Below, piece after piece: positions 11,101-19,824 of a stretch of DNA of 64,000 nucleotides. The stretch lies in contig OZ242011.1 in the NCBI GenBank assembly GCA_965204755.1, positions 3,911,859 to 3,975,858 on the forward strand. Direction: 5' to 3'. A program made the position numbers and the translations under genes. Position 1 is the stretch's first letter, and the number at the start of each line of letters is the position of its first letter. The notes under the pieces are model-generated. The model saw only the letters and a program-made list of their open reading frames with translations, was not told where the DNA came from and ran no database searches. Source of the stretch: Candidatus Marinacidobacterium sp. GTDB taxonomy: Bacteria; Acidobacteriota; Vicinamibacteria; Marinacidobacterales; Marinacidobacteraceae.

Positions 11101-11445
11101 GCCCGCATCCTCGAAGCCGGCGGTCGGGTGGCGCCCGACTACGCGATCGCGTACTTCGGGGACCGCCGCTGGGCGGGGCCGGACGAGAGCCCGGCGGAGC
11201 CGGAGCAGGACGAGACGATCCGCGCCGTCCGAGACGGCTTGGCGCGCGGCGAGTTCGGGCTGCCCGGAAAGGAGCCGCTGTTCGGGATGCCGCTCGTCTC
11301 CCGGCACGATCTCCCCGATCTCCCCGATCTCCCCGATGCGCCCGATGGGCGAAATGCGCCGAATGCGCCCGATGCGCCGCCGGGGACCGACACCGGCGCG
11401 CCGACCGCCGCCGCAGCGGGTTCCGCCCCGGAGGGGCGCCGCTGA
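8134..11445 (+). CDS. AddB/RexB-like protein with C-terminal PD-(D/E)XK nuclease
   Basis: LSPTALDRY, RGLLLHEVLE, SGRADRVD...LEYKSG, LQARLYA; directly upstream of a UvrD-type helicase. Confidence 0.8.
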   Translation: MTKADAEPASEPTRAGAPIEIRRFEDWADIRRFARTEAAQASADRKACLVAPSEGAVRVLENLLRSALDPGESDAAVLPEVVTASRALADLAGDLPEGRAAASRLARETVLEEALAAEAEAPDAPPGEAGPLTEPLLAFLDEQAADGAAASGKMDETAFEAFCDRIGAEFGEAAETDEGAARLASLAKWLRRVHRRYRGGLGDLLDPDGLRRALLRAALTGGFRQRRWARVAAFGEDALSPADCEVFAALGAPEGVAWALPAAAPLPPLPAGVEFREVAPRREVGGAALSGAEGGKRSRPPAAGQHENPEAAKPEGRSGAPPSLFAAPPEDPVPEARPPAADPLSVFVPPPGADGSRGRGETGGMRPFVETDRDDEARLAARLFAAFRDGTPGNFRGFDRCAVVMQQPASYLGAVETAFSRAGIPFRTPERPPLTAEPGAAGLGALLDFAEKPEFLPHGLTLLRDPFLRAEGLSRPPARAADLAERALARWNVRATLRGDGDPAAGMRPLAVRFREAAARFGSRAEADSGNGISARKRQEAREDAAAAEVLEVFSRWSEDLAAFRSREAGLESAAAALLDFDRAHFRRGRRAFGPGGPEESGAVSDAVTDAVSGALEQARDAAAGIRTGEDPGGVAARLRRLFLRRRAPRRAPDAGVHLLSAADAVFGDYDFVVLLGLGDADWPGPRPTNIFFPPSALEAATRARHADRRRAEVRLLKTLAALPAQAFAFSRPAQEDGFPAGRSALEVELTEELERIGARPLPLPASAATDADPAPVGRGPRPADPAPPLPRFLDRRAPSARVLERPLSPTALDRYAESPAEFFARNVLYLDEEPELSDIAPPTERGLLLHEVLERGVPRLPPLGGRTPTGEDLDRALDILGDCLSEAAREMGLDETARQTEAMWLFGNEAEPGALEWFLLEDWGRGPAEPRDFELRLKGEVEPGTASAPPLVVSGRADRVDTLADGRLRVLEYKSGRLYRKPLQARLYARILEAGGRVAPDYAIAYFGDRRWAGPDESPAEPEQDETIRAVRDGLARGEFGLPGKEPLFGMPLVSRHDLPDLPDLPDAPDGRNAPNAPDAPPGTDTGAPTAAAAGSAPEGRR

Positions 11446-11446
11446 G

Positions 11447-14281
11447 ATGGACGCCCCCGCGACGGACTTCCGGCCCCCCGACCGGGAGGCCCGCGAAGCC
11501 GCCGCCGACCCCCGGCGCCAGGTCGTCCTCCGCGCCTCCGCCGGCACGGGCAAGACGACGGTGCTCACCGCCCGCTACCTGAACCTGCTGGAGTGCGGCG
11601 TTTCGCCCCGGAACATCCTCGCCCTGACCTTCACGCGCAAGGCGGCGGCGGAGATGAAGGACCGGATCGTGGCCGGGCTGGCCGAGCCGGAACGGCGGCG
11701 GCGCCTCGCCGGACGGAGCGACCTCGCCGAGGTGCAGGTCTCGACGATGGACGCCTTCAACCTGGGCCTGGTGCGGGAGTTCCCGCTCGACGCCGGCGTG
11801 AGTCCCGGCGTCGAGGTCCTCGACGAACGGGCGATGCCGGTGGTCCGGGCGGAAGCCGTCGAGCGGGTGTTCTCGGGCGCGGCCGGTTTCGACGGCGACC
11901 GGCTGGCGGCGCTGCCGCTGCTCGTGGGCCGGACGCGCGGCGGGCTCCGGCAGGCCGCGGGGAAGTACCTCGCCAACCGCCTCACCTGGCGGCGCCGGTT
12001 CGAGGAGCGCGCCGACGATCCCGAAGTCCGGGACACCTCCCCTCCTCCGTCGCTCCGGGAGGAGATCCTCGGGGCGGAGGCCGGTTGCCGGCGGATTCTC
12101 GAGTCCGAACCCGGACCGCCGCTGCCGGTGCGGGTGGCGCTCGAGGAGATTCTCGAACCCGGCCCGGCCTCCCGCTCGGCTCGCCGGGCGACCGGCGCCC
12201 GCGAAGCCCTCCACCGGGAGACCCTGGAACGATCCTTCCGGCTCGACATCAGGAAAGCCCCGCCCTGGCTCCCCGGGGGCCTCGCCGCGGACGCGAACGC
12301 CGTCCGGGAGGCGCTCCGCGGCCATCGGACCCGGTGGATCGCCTGGCGGAACGCCCGCGCCTTCCTCCCGGTCTGGGAGTTGTTCCGGGCCGTCGAAGAG
12401 GAGTACCGGCGGCTCAAGGAAGAACGCGGGGTGATGGACTTCGACGACCTCACGGTCACCGCCACGCGGCTGCTCTCCGGCCTCGGGGAGTTCTCGGAGA
12501 GCCGGCTCCGGCTGGACTCGCGGTACCACCATCTCCTGGTGGACGAGTTCCAGGACACGAGCGACGCCCAGTGGACCCTGCTGCAGGCGCTCATGAGGCC
12601 CTGGCGGGAAGGACAGGGAGTCACCGCGGAGAGGGTGCGCGAGGCCACCGGGGGGCGGCTCCGCCAGCCCACCCTGTTCGTGGTGGGCGACCACAAGCAG
12701 TCCATCTACCGCTTCCGGAACGCCCGGGTGGAGATTCTCGGGAAAGCCGAGCGGTGGATCGAGAGCCTCCCCCGGGAAGAGCCCTCGGCGCCGCGCATCA
12801 CCCTCCGGTGGAACTTCCGCTCGGTGCGCCGCCTCCGCCGCTTCTTCAACGCCGCTTCGAAGAAGATCGCCTCGGAGGCCCGCGAGGGCGCGGCCCGGGA
12901 CTGGGCCTTCCGCTACGAGGAGGAGGACTGCCTTCCGGTGGACGCGGGGCCGATGGATCACCCGGACGACGCCGAGCGGCCGGTGGCGGTCTGCGTCGTC
13001 GAAGCCCGGGGAAAGGACCGGGGCGCGGACGACGACGCCCACCGGGAAGCCGCGGGGCGCGTGGCGGCGCGCATCGCCTCCCTCCTCCGCCGGGGCGGCG
13101 CTCCGGAGGAGATCGCCCTCCTCGCCCGTTCCGGCAATCGTCTCGGCGCCTACCGGGAGGCCGTGGAGCGACTGGGGATTCCGGCCCACCAACTCAAGGG
13201 GGCCGGTTTCTTCGACACCCCGGAACTCCGCGACCTCGCCGCCCTCTGCCGCTTCCTCGCCCGCCCGCAGTCGGACCGGAGGGCGGTCGAACTGCTCCGC
13301 TCCCGGTTCTTCGCGCTGCCGGGGGACCTCCTCGTCCGCCTGAAGCGCGCCGGCGGTTCGCCTACGCCCTTCGCGGACATCCTGCGTTCCGGCGGACGGG
13401 ATCTCCCGCCGCCCCCGGACCCGGAGGCTGCCTCGGCGTTTCGCGAAGCGGGCGCGGCCGCCGCCCGGTTCCGCCGTCTCGCCCGGCGGCTGCCGCCCTC
13501 CGGCGCGGTGGCCGCCATCCTCGAGACGACCCGATACGCCGAGCGCGCCTCGATCGGGCGTGACCCGCACCGGGCGGAGCAGACCGGCGCCAACCTCAAG
13601 AAGGCGCTGCAGCACCTGCGCGCTTTCGAGCGCGGCGGCTTCCCGACGATGGAAGGCGCGGCCCGCCGCCTCGCGGCCCTCCGCGACGGCGACAGCGCCG
13701 AAGCGCCGGTCCAGGTCGAAGGCGCGGTGGCGGTGATGACGATCCACGCGGCCAAGGGGCTGGAGTTCGACCATGTCTTCCTCGTGGACTGCGCCGGCTC
13801 GCTGGGCGCGGACCGCGGCATTCCCCGGGTGCAGGAGGGCGACGACGGGAAGTGGAAGATCGCCCTGTTCCGGGACGCTCCCTTCTGGAAACCGCAGGAC
13901 GCCGGCCGCTCGGACTCCGAGGAGCGCCGCTGCATGTATGTCGCCATGACCCGCGCCCGCCGGACGCTCACGCTCTCCTGGACGGCGCGGTTCACGGGGA
14001 AGGGGGAACTCTCCAAGGTCGGCGCGCCCCGATACCTGCCGTCCGACCTCGTGGCCGCCGCCGGCCGGACCGCGCGGCCCCCCGGCCCGGACGACCCGGA
14101 CTCCCCGAACACCGTCTCCTGGGAGGGGCGCGAACTCGAAGTGCTTCCGGCAGCGCCTACGGAGCCGGCCGCGCCTACGGAGCCGGCCGCGCCTACGGAG
14201 ACTGCCGCGCCTACGGAGACTGCAGCGCCTACGGAGACTGCCGCGCCGGCGGAAGGGGCCGCCCCGGCCTCCGCGGGCTGA
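11447..14281 (+). CDS. AddA/UvrD-family ATP-dependent helicase
   Basis: ASAGTGKT, LTFTRKAAAEM, LVDEFQDT, VGDHKQSIYRFR, NFRS, MTIHAAKGLEF, YVAMTRAR. Confidence 0.92.
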   Translation: MDAPATDFRPPDREAREAAADPRRQVVLRASAGTGKTTVLTARYLNLLECGVSPRNILALTFTRKAAAEMKDRIVAGLAEPERRRRLAGRSDLAEVQVSTMDAFNLGLVREFPLDAGVSPGVEVLDERAMPVVRAEAVERVFSGAAGFDGDRLAALPLLVGRTRGGLRQAAGKYLANRLTWRRRFEERADDPEVRDTSPPPSLREEILGAEAGCRRILESEPGPPLPVRVALEEILEPGPASRSARRATGAREALHRETLERSFRLDIRKAPPWLPGGLAADANAVREALRGHRTRWIAWRNARAFLPVWELFRAVEEEYRRLKEERGVMDFDDLTVTATRLLSGLGEFSESRLRLDSRYHHLLVDEFQDTSDAQWTLLQALMRPWREGQGVTAERVREATGGRLRQPTLFVVGDHKQSIYRFRNARVEILGKAERWIESLPREEPSAPRITLRWNFRSVRRLRRFFNAASKKIASEAREGAARDWAFRYEEEDCLPVDAGPMDHPDDAERPVAVCVVEARGKDRGADDDAHREAAGRVAARIASLLRRGGAPEEIALLARSGNRLGAYREAVERLGIPAHQLKGAGFFDTPELRDLAALCRFLARPQSDRRAVELLRSRFFALPGDLLVRLKRAGGSPTPFADILRSGGRDLPPPPDPEAASAFREAGAAAARFRRLARRLPPSGAVAAILETTRYAERASIGRDPHRAEQTGANLKKALQHLRAFERGGFPTMEGAARRLAALRDGDSAEAPVQVEGAVAVMTIHAAKGLEFDHVFLVDCAGSLGADRGIPRVQEGDDGKWKIALFRDAPFWKPQDAGRSDSEERRCMYVAMTRARRTLTLSWTARFTGKGELSKVGAPRYLPSDLVAAAGRTARPPGPDDPDSPNTVSWEGRELEVLPAAPTEPAAPTEPAAPTETAAPTETAAPTETAAPAEGAAPASAG
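14153..14250 (+). repeat. In-frame 18-bp tandem repeat (about 5 copies, APTEPA/APTETA) at the helicase C-terminus
   Basis: gcgcctacggagccggcc / gcgcctacggagactgcc repeated. Confidence 0.9.
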
Positions 14282-14300
14282 GGCGCCCGGGCCGGACGGG

Positions 14301-15041
14301 GTGGTCGGGACGCCGCCCGAGACCGGCGGCCGACCGGCGCGGAAGGCCGGGCCGATGACCGGGACGATGACCGGGACGATGACCGGGGAGCGGCGAAAGA
14401 CCGCCGCGGCCGCCCGGCTTCTGGCCTACAAACTCGTACGGCGCGCCGAGGCCGGCCTTTCTTTCGATCTCGAAACCGCGCTCCGCCTGGTGGATCGGCG
14501 GCTCGCGCCCGCATCCGGCGCGCGCCGGCGGGCGGCCTCCGAGGCCTGCCGACTCTCCGCCTCGATCCTGGTCGAGCGCGGGCCCGGCGGCCGGCTCGCC
14601 GGGGAATTGCGCTTCGACCTGCGGGTCGTCGCGTCGCGCGGAAGCGGACGCCGGCCGGAAGTGGTCACCGCGCCCCTCCGGGTCCATCACGCCGACGGGG
14701 CGGTCACCGTCGTCGCGGCGGCGCCCGCCGGGACGGAGGAGCGCGAGGCGGACCGCCTCCGCGCCGGCCGTCGGGCGGCGGAGGCCGTGTTCGGCCGACT
14801 CCCCGGCGGCCGGCCGGTCAGCGCCCTCCTCGCCGGCCCGGACGGCCCGCTCCGCGAAGTCCCGCCGCAGCCGCCCCGTCCGGAGCGGGGCGGCGGGCGC
14901 GTCGGGGGAATCGTCGGGGGAAATGTCGGGGGACGGGACTCACTCGCACCGCGAGCGGCGGGCGGGAGTGTCGAGGCAGAGGATGTTCTCGGTCCGGCCG
15001 AAGGCGATCCGGGCGCAGGCGCCCGTTCGCGCCGCCCGTAG
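14301..15041 (+). CDS. Hypothetical protein, possibly a degenerate, split-off AddA nuclease domain
   Basis: Follows the helicase by 19 bp; ELRFDL...HADGAVTVV...RRAAEAVF resembles the AddA C-terminal layout without D-x-E/D-x-K. Confidence 0.45.
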   Translation: MVGTPPETGGRPARKAGPMTGTMTGTMTGERRKTAAAARLLAYKLVRRAEAGLSFDLETALRLVDRRLAPASGARRRAASEACRLSASILVERGPGGRLAGELRFDLRVVASRGSGRRPEVVTAPLRVHHADGAVTVVAAAPAGTEEREADRLRAGRRAAEAVFGRLPGGRPVSALLAGPDGPLREVPPQPPRPERGGGRVGGIVGGNVGGRDSLAPRAAGGSVEAEDVLGPAEGDPGAGARSRRP

Positions 15042-15218
15042 GGCCTCCTCCTCCGACACCCCTCGCGCGCTGACGGTCGCCTCCCGCCCGGAGAGGACCA
15101 TCGTCACCTCGCAGCGGACCCTCCCGGCGGAGAGCGTCGAGAACACCACGAAGCCGACGAGCGAGGCGAACAGGAGGAACACCCCCCAGCCGGCGAGCCG
15201 GCGTCCCGCGCGGTTCAT
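14940..15218 (-). CDS. Small single-TM protein with four Cys
   Basis: N-terminal TM helix, CEV...AC...C...C pattern; ATGA overlap with the upstream gene. Confidence 0.7.
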   Translation of the reverse strand: MNRAGRRLAGWGVFLLFASLVGFVVFSTLSAGRVRCEVTMVLSGREATVSARGVSEEEALRAARTGACARIAFGRTENILCLDTPARRSRCE

Positions 15219-16252
15219 GCCCGTCTCCCGGCGCCCCGGCCCGGACGACCCGACGCCGGAGGATCGCCCCCCGGGGGGTCTCGAAGGAACGGACGGGTGA
15301 GGCAGGTCGGCCCCCCGGCCCCGTTCCCGCTGATCTCCGAACCCTCATAGACCCGAACCCGGTAGCCGGCGTCCCGAAGCCGTTCGTTCGTCCGCCGGTT
15401 GGCGGCGATGGCCAGGAGTTCGCCTTCCCCCAGCGAGAGCACATTCGCCGCCATCGCGTCCCGCTCCTCCTGGACGATCGGGATCCACTCGAACCCCCGC
15501 GCCGCCAGGAACTTCAAGGTGGAGACGGCGAGCCGCTCCGGGTCCGCCAGGATCGTCCGCGAATCGAGCACGCTCAGCAGGGACATCAGGTGGAGGCACT
15601 CCCCCGGCCCGCCCCCGTGGGGCAGCGGCGCCGGGACGACTTCCACCCCGTCCGGCGCCAGGAGCGCCGCCAGTTGGCGGATCCCCGCGGCGTCGGTGCG
15701 GTAACCCTCTCCGGCGAGCACGGTCCCTTCGTCCAGCCAGACCAGGTCCCCGGCTTCCGCCACCGCCGGAGCGGCGATCTCGCCGACCACCGGGATCCCC
15801 GCCTCGGCGAACGCAGCCCGGTGCAACTCCGGCTCGCCCCGGCGCGTCGGTTTGCCCATCCGCATCAGGATCATCCCCCGAGGCGAAGGGAAGGAGGCGT
15901 CGTGGCAGTACGCGGCGTCCGGCGTGAGCCGCGCGGACGGGACCCCTTCGAACGAGACCCCTTCGGACGAGAACCCGTCGGACGAAGACCCTTCGGGGCC
16001 GATGCGGCGCAGGGTCACGCCGGCGTCGGCGAGCGCCTTCTCGATCTCCCGGTGCTGGCGGAGCGCCGCTTCGCGATCGGGCGGTCCCCGGTAACCGATC
16101 TCGCGCCAGTTCGCCTCCGGCCCCCAGCCGGCGGCGTCGGGGGTGACGAGGAGGGCCTCGCGCAGCCGCCCGCACATGGACATGACCCCGAGGGGCGCTT
16201 CCCGCCGCGCCGCGGGAGGAGCCGCGCGGAGGACATCGGCGGCGGTCGGCAC
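15215..16252 (-). CDS. Amidinotransferase / dimethylarginine dimethylaminohydrolase (arginine deiminase superfamily)
   Basis: QH...L, DAAYCHD, RRGE, EAGD, CLHLMS, GGPTCLTRP (catalytic Cys). Confidence 0.9.
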   Translation of the reverse strand: MPTAADVLRAAPPAARREAPLGVMSMCGRLREALLVTPDAAGWGPEANWREIGYRGPPDREAALRQHREIEKALADAGVTLRRIGPEGSSSDGFSSEGVSFEGVPSARLTPDAAYCHDASFPSPRGMILMRMGKPTRRGEPELHRAAFAEAGIPVVGEIAAPAVAEAGDLVWLDEGTVLAGEGYRTDAAGIRQLAALLAPDGVEVVPAPLPHGGGPGECLHLMSLLSVLDSRTILADPERLAVSTLKFLAARGFEWIPIVQEERDAMAANVLSLGEGELLAIAANRRTNERLRDAGYRVRVYEGSEISGNGAGGPTCLTRPFLRDPPGGDPPASGRPGRGAGRRA

Positions 16253-16283
16253 GGCGGCGGAACCCTAACGGCCTGTGGAAAGA

Positions 16284-16493
16284 GTCCGGGGAGCCCCCGT
16301 CGGCGCGAAGCGCCGACCGGGGAGGGGTGCGGGGAGGGGGTGGCCCCCTCCCCGCGATAGTTGGCGGGGGGAATCGCGCAGCGATTCGCGCCGCCCGCCC
16401 GTGGGAAGAGCGCCCCGCCGCGAAACCGAATGCCGACTTGGCGCCCTCGCGTCGAGGAGTGGACGGCGGGGCGCTTTTTCCACGGGCTGCCAA
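16284..16493 (+). repeat. Hairpin-rich interspersed repeat, copy A (full length)
   Basis: Similar to 17930-18139, 38111-38201 and 46087-46211 (reverse); four consecutive inverted repeats. Confidence 0.9.
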
Positions 16494-16594
16494 TGCGGCC
16501 CGCGGAGGGGGCGCTCCTCCGGCCCGCCGACCGACGCTCCCGGCTGCGCCCCCTCCCCCGGTTCGCAACGGTTCCGGGCGTACCATTCGACGCC

Positions 16595-17914
16595 ATGACG
16601 GATCCCCGGTCCCCTTCGCCCTCCCGCTCCCCTGCCCGCGCGCTCCCCCTCCTCGCCGCTCTCGCCCTCGGCGCCGGCTGCTCCGCGCCGCCCCCTCCCC
16701 CCGAAGGCGTGGCCGCCTGGACCGGCGCGGCGCTGTGGGACGGAAGCGGGCGGTTCCTGGAGGACGCCGCGCTCGTTACCGAGAACGGCCGCATCTCCGG
16801 CGTCGGGGTGCGCGGCGAAGTCGAGATCCCCGCGGGCGTCGTCCCCACCGACCTCTCGGGGAAGACGGTGGTTCCGGGCTTCCTCAACGCGCACGGGCAC
16901 ATCAGCGATGTGAAGGGGCTCGAGAGCGGGCACTACGACCGGGAGAACCTGCTGCGCCAACTCGGCCTCTACGCCCGCTACGGCATCACCAGCGTTCTTT
17001 CGCTCGGCGGGGACGGGCCCGAAGCGGCGGCCCTGAGGAACGAGCAGGACGAGGGGCTCGACCGCGCCCGCGTCTGGATCGCCGGCGAAGTGATCGGCGG
17101 GGGCGCGCCGGAAGAAGCCCGCGAGTCGGTGGCCCGGAGCCTGGCCCTGCCCGCCGACTTCCTCAAGATCCGGGTGGACACCAACCTCGGCGCGAACGAA
17201 CGCGTCTCCCCGGAGACGGTCGAAACCGTGATGGAACTGGCCGAGGAGGCCGGCGTCCCGGTGGCGACCCACATCTTCTATCTCGACGACGCGAAGGAAG
17301 CGCTCCGGGCCGGCTCGGGGCTGATCGCGCACAGCGTCCGCGACCGGCCGGTGGACGAGGAGTTCCTCGACCTGATGCGCGAGACGGGCGTCTGCTATGT
17401 GCCGACGCTCATCCGGGAGGTCTCGACCTTCGTCTATTCGGAGGTTCCCGACTTCTTCGAGGATCCCTTCTTCACGAAGGAAGCGGATCCGGCGGTGCTG
17501 GAGCAACTCGCCGACCCGGAGCGGATGCGGACCGTCGAGGAAAGCCCGGCGGCCCGGGGCTACCGGGAGCACTACCCGATCGCCCTCGCCAACCTGAAGA
17601 CGGTCGCCGACGCCGGCATACCCATCGCCTTCGGCACCGACACCGGGCCGCCCGCCCGCTTCCAGGGCTACTTCGAGCACCTCGAGACCGAGGAGATGGC
17701 GAAGGCCGGACTCACCCCGGAACAGATCCTGAAGTCCGCCACCGGCGACGCGGCGGCCTGCCTCGGCCTCGACGAAGTCGGCACCCTCACCGTCGGGAAG
17801 TGGGCGGACTTCCTGGTGCTCGGCGAGAACCCGCTCGAGGACATCGGCGCCCTCCGCTCCCTCGAACAGGTGTTCATCGCCGGAAACGCCGTTCCCTCCG
17901 CCGCCGCCCCGTAA
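16595..17914 (+). CDS. Metal-dependent amidohydrolase family lipoprotein
   Basis: Lipobox GAGC; PGFLNAHGH, YGITSV, ATH, IAHSVRD, FGTDTG, GTLTVGKWADFLVL. Confidence 0.9.
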   Translation: MTDPRSPSPSRSPARALPLLAALALGAGCSAPPPPPEGVAAWTGAALWDGSGRFLEDAALVTENGRISGVGVRGEVEIPAGVVPTDLSGKTVVPGFLNAHGHISDVKGLESGHYDRENLLRQLGLYARYGITSVLSLGGDGPEAAALRNEQDEGLDRARVWIAGEVIGGGAPEEARESVARSLALPADFLKIRVDTNLGANERVSPETVETVMELAEEAGVPVATHIFYLDDAKEALRAGSGLIAHSVRDRPVDEEFLDLMRETGVCYVPTLIREVSTFVYSEVPDFFEDPFFTKEADPAVLEQLADPERMRTVEESPAARGYREHYPIALANLKTVADAGIPIAFGTDTGPPARFQGYFEHLETEEMAKAGLTPEQILKSATGDAAACLGLDEVGTLTVGKWADFLVLGENPLEDIGALRSLEQVFIAGNAVPSAAAP

Positions 17915-17929
17915 CAACCCGGGGAGAAC

Positions 17930-18139
17930 GTCCGGGGAGCGCCCCCGTCGGCGCGAAGCGCCGACCGGGGAGGGGTGCGGGGAGGGGGCGCCCCCCTCCC
18001 CGCGATAGATGGCGGGGGAATCGCGAAGCGATTCGCGCCGCCTGCTCGTGGGAAGAGCGCCCCGCGGCGAAACCGAACCGGGACTTCCTGCCCTCGGTCG
18101 AGGAGCGGAGGGCGGGGCGCTTTTTCCACGGGCAGCCAA
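17930..18139 (+). repeat. Hairpin-rich interspersed repeat, copy B (full length)
   Basis: Direct-orientation copy of 16284-16493. Confidence 0.9.
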
Positions 18140-18189
18140 GCAGCGCCCGCGCGGGAGGCCGGCCGATCCCCGGCCGGGAGCGCCGCGCC

Positions 18190-19734
18190 CTACCCCGCCG
18201 CCCAGAGTCCCGCCGTCCGGCGGGCCCGCCCCTCCGCTTCCAACTTGGCGAGTCCGGACCGGAGCGAGAGCAGGGCGAGTTCGCGCGCGGGGCCGGAGGC
18301 GGGGACCTCGGACTCCGGATAGACGGCGCGTCCGAGTTCCTCGAGCCCCGCGGGCCCTCTTCCGAGCGCTTCGAGGAGTTGCCGTTCGCGGGCCTCCCGG
18401 TGGCGGACCTGCCGCTCCAGGAGCGCCCGGCCGGCGATGACCGGCACGCCGTGGGCCGGGTACGCCGCTCCCCGGCACTCGTCGGCGAGCGCCCGCAGCG
18501 ACCGGACATAGAGGGCGAGGTCGCCGTCTTCGGGGGAGATGAGGATCGAGGAACCCGAGGCCACCATGTCCCCCAGCAGCATCGCCCCGTAGCGGCTCTC
18601 CACGAACGCCAGGTGCCCGGGGGCGTGTCCGGGGACGAAGCGCGTGCCGAGCGTCCAGCCGGGCCTCCCGTCGGGGGCCGCGCCGAGCGGCAGGACTTCC
18701 CCGCCGACGAGCGCGCGCCGGTCCAGGGCCGCCCCGTCCGGGCCGGACAGTTGTTCGCCGAGCCGGGAGAGGGTCTCCGGATGCGCTCCCACCGGGACCC
18801 CGTACCGCGCCGCCGCCGCCGCCACCGAGCCGATGTGGTCCCGGTGGTGGTGGGTCACGAGCACCGAGCGGAGGCGCGCGCCCGGCGCCCCCTCCAGGAA
18901 GTCGTCCACCTGGCGGAAGAGCGCGTCCCGCTCCTCGGGGGCCTCCGGCGCCGGATCCACGAGGTAGAGATGCTCGCCGCCGACGAGGATCGCGTTCGTG
19001 TGGGTCGCCGGGGGCAGCGTGGGCGTCCGGCAGGGCAGCACCCGGATCCCCGGCGTGTAGCGGACCGGGATCCGCTCCCGGCTCTCGGCTTCCCGGTTGC
19101 GGCGGCGGTATTCGCCGGGGTCCGCCGACCAGCGCTCCAGCAGGCCGATCGTCGGCGGGGCGAGGAAGAAGCCGCCGCCCCGCCAGCGCTCGAGCGCCGA
19201 CTCCGGCGCGAGCCACGCGGACTCGACGATCTCCCCCGAAAGGGTCCGCGCCTCCTCTCCCGGCGGGAGCGCCGCCCGGTAGAACCGGGTGTCGAAGCGG
19301 CGGCGGAAGGCGGCGCCGGTCACCAGGTTCGCCGCCGGCGCGAAGTCCCCGGCGTGGATCTCCGCGCCGAGCCGCTCGAGCACGCCGGCGAAGCCGCCGT
19401 CGTCGGAGAACCCCCCGGCCGCGAACTCGCCGCGGATTCCTTCGACCTCTTCCGGCGGGACCGGCGCCTTCCGCCGGAAGAGGCAGATCCCGGTCTCCTC
19501 GAAGACCTCCCGGACGGCGGCGGCGAGCCGCGCCCTTTCCTCCGGCGGGACCGCGCCGGTCACCGGAACGCTCGCGTCCTCCGGCTCGAGCGTCCCTCCC
19601 GGGAAGGCCCAGAGGTCGGGGAACGCCCGGAGATGCGGCCCCCGCCGGACGAGGAGGACCTCCGGGCCGCTTCCGCCGGGAGACCCCTCCCGAAAGACGA
19701 TGACGGAGGCCGCGGCGCGCGGGACGGTGGGCAC
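18190..19734 (-). CDS. NUDIX domain + metallo-beta-lactamase-fold hydrolase fusion
   Basis: FPGG...AAVREVFEETG, RRFDTRFY (NUDIX); TLPPATHTN, THHHRDHIG, PGHAPGH, GD, PAHG (MBL). Confidence 0.88.
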   Translation of the reverse strand: MPTVPRAAASVIVFREGSPGGSGPEVLLVRRGPHLRAFPDLWAFPGGTLEPEDASVPVTGAVPPEERARLAAAVREVFEETGICLFRRKAPVPPEEVEGIRGEFAAGGFSDDGGFAGVLERLGAEIHAGDFAPAANLVTGAAFRRRFDTRFYRAALPPGEEARTLSGEIVESAWLAPESALERWRGGGFFLAPPTIGLLERWSADPGEYRRRNREAESRERIPVRYTPGIRVLPCRTPTLPPATHTNAILVGGEHLYLVDPAPEAPEERDALFRQVDDFLEGAPGARLRSVLVTHHHRDHIGSVAAAAARYGVPVGAHPETLSRLGEQLSGPDGAALDRRALVGGEVLPLGAAPDGRPGWTLGTRFVPGHAPGHLAFVESRYGAMLLGDMVASGSSILISPEDGDLALYVRSLRALADECRGAAYPAHGVPVIAGRALLERQVRHREARERQLLEALGRGPAGLEELGRAVYPESEVPASGPARELALLSLRSGLAKLEAEGRARRTAGLWAAG

Positions 19735-19824
19735 CGCTTCGGAGCCTAGCAACCGCCGGCCGGACGCCGGCCCGCCGGGTCTCCGCCCCCCGGACGCCCT
19801 CCTAGAATCCCCGGCCGGCCCGCC

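Noticed and set aside
5002-11568. 2188-aa ORF as one giant protein
   Set aside because: Only the part from 8073 down has recognisable domains; the rest is the antisense shadow of the AddB-like gene.
16284-16493. tRNA or simple rho-independent terminator
   Set aside because: No cloverleaf, T-loop or CCA; no U-tract after the stems; occurs in several gene contexts.
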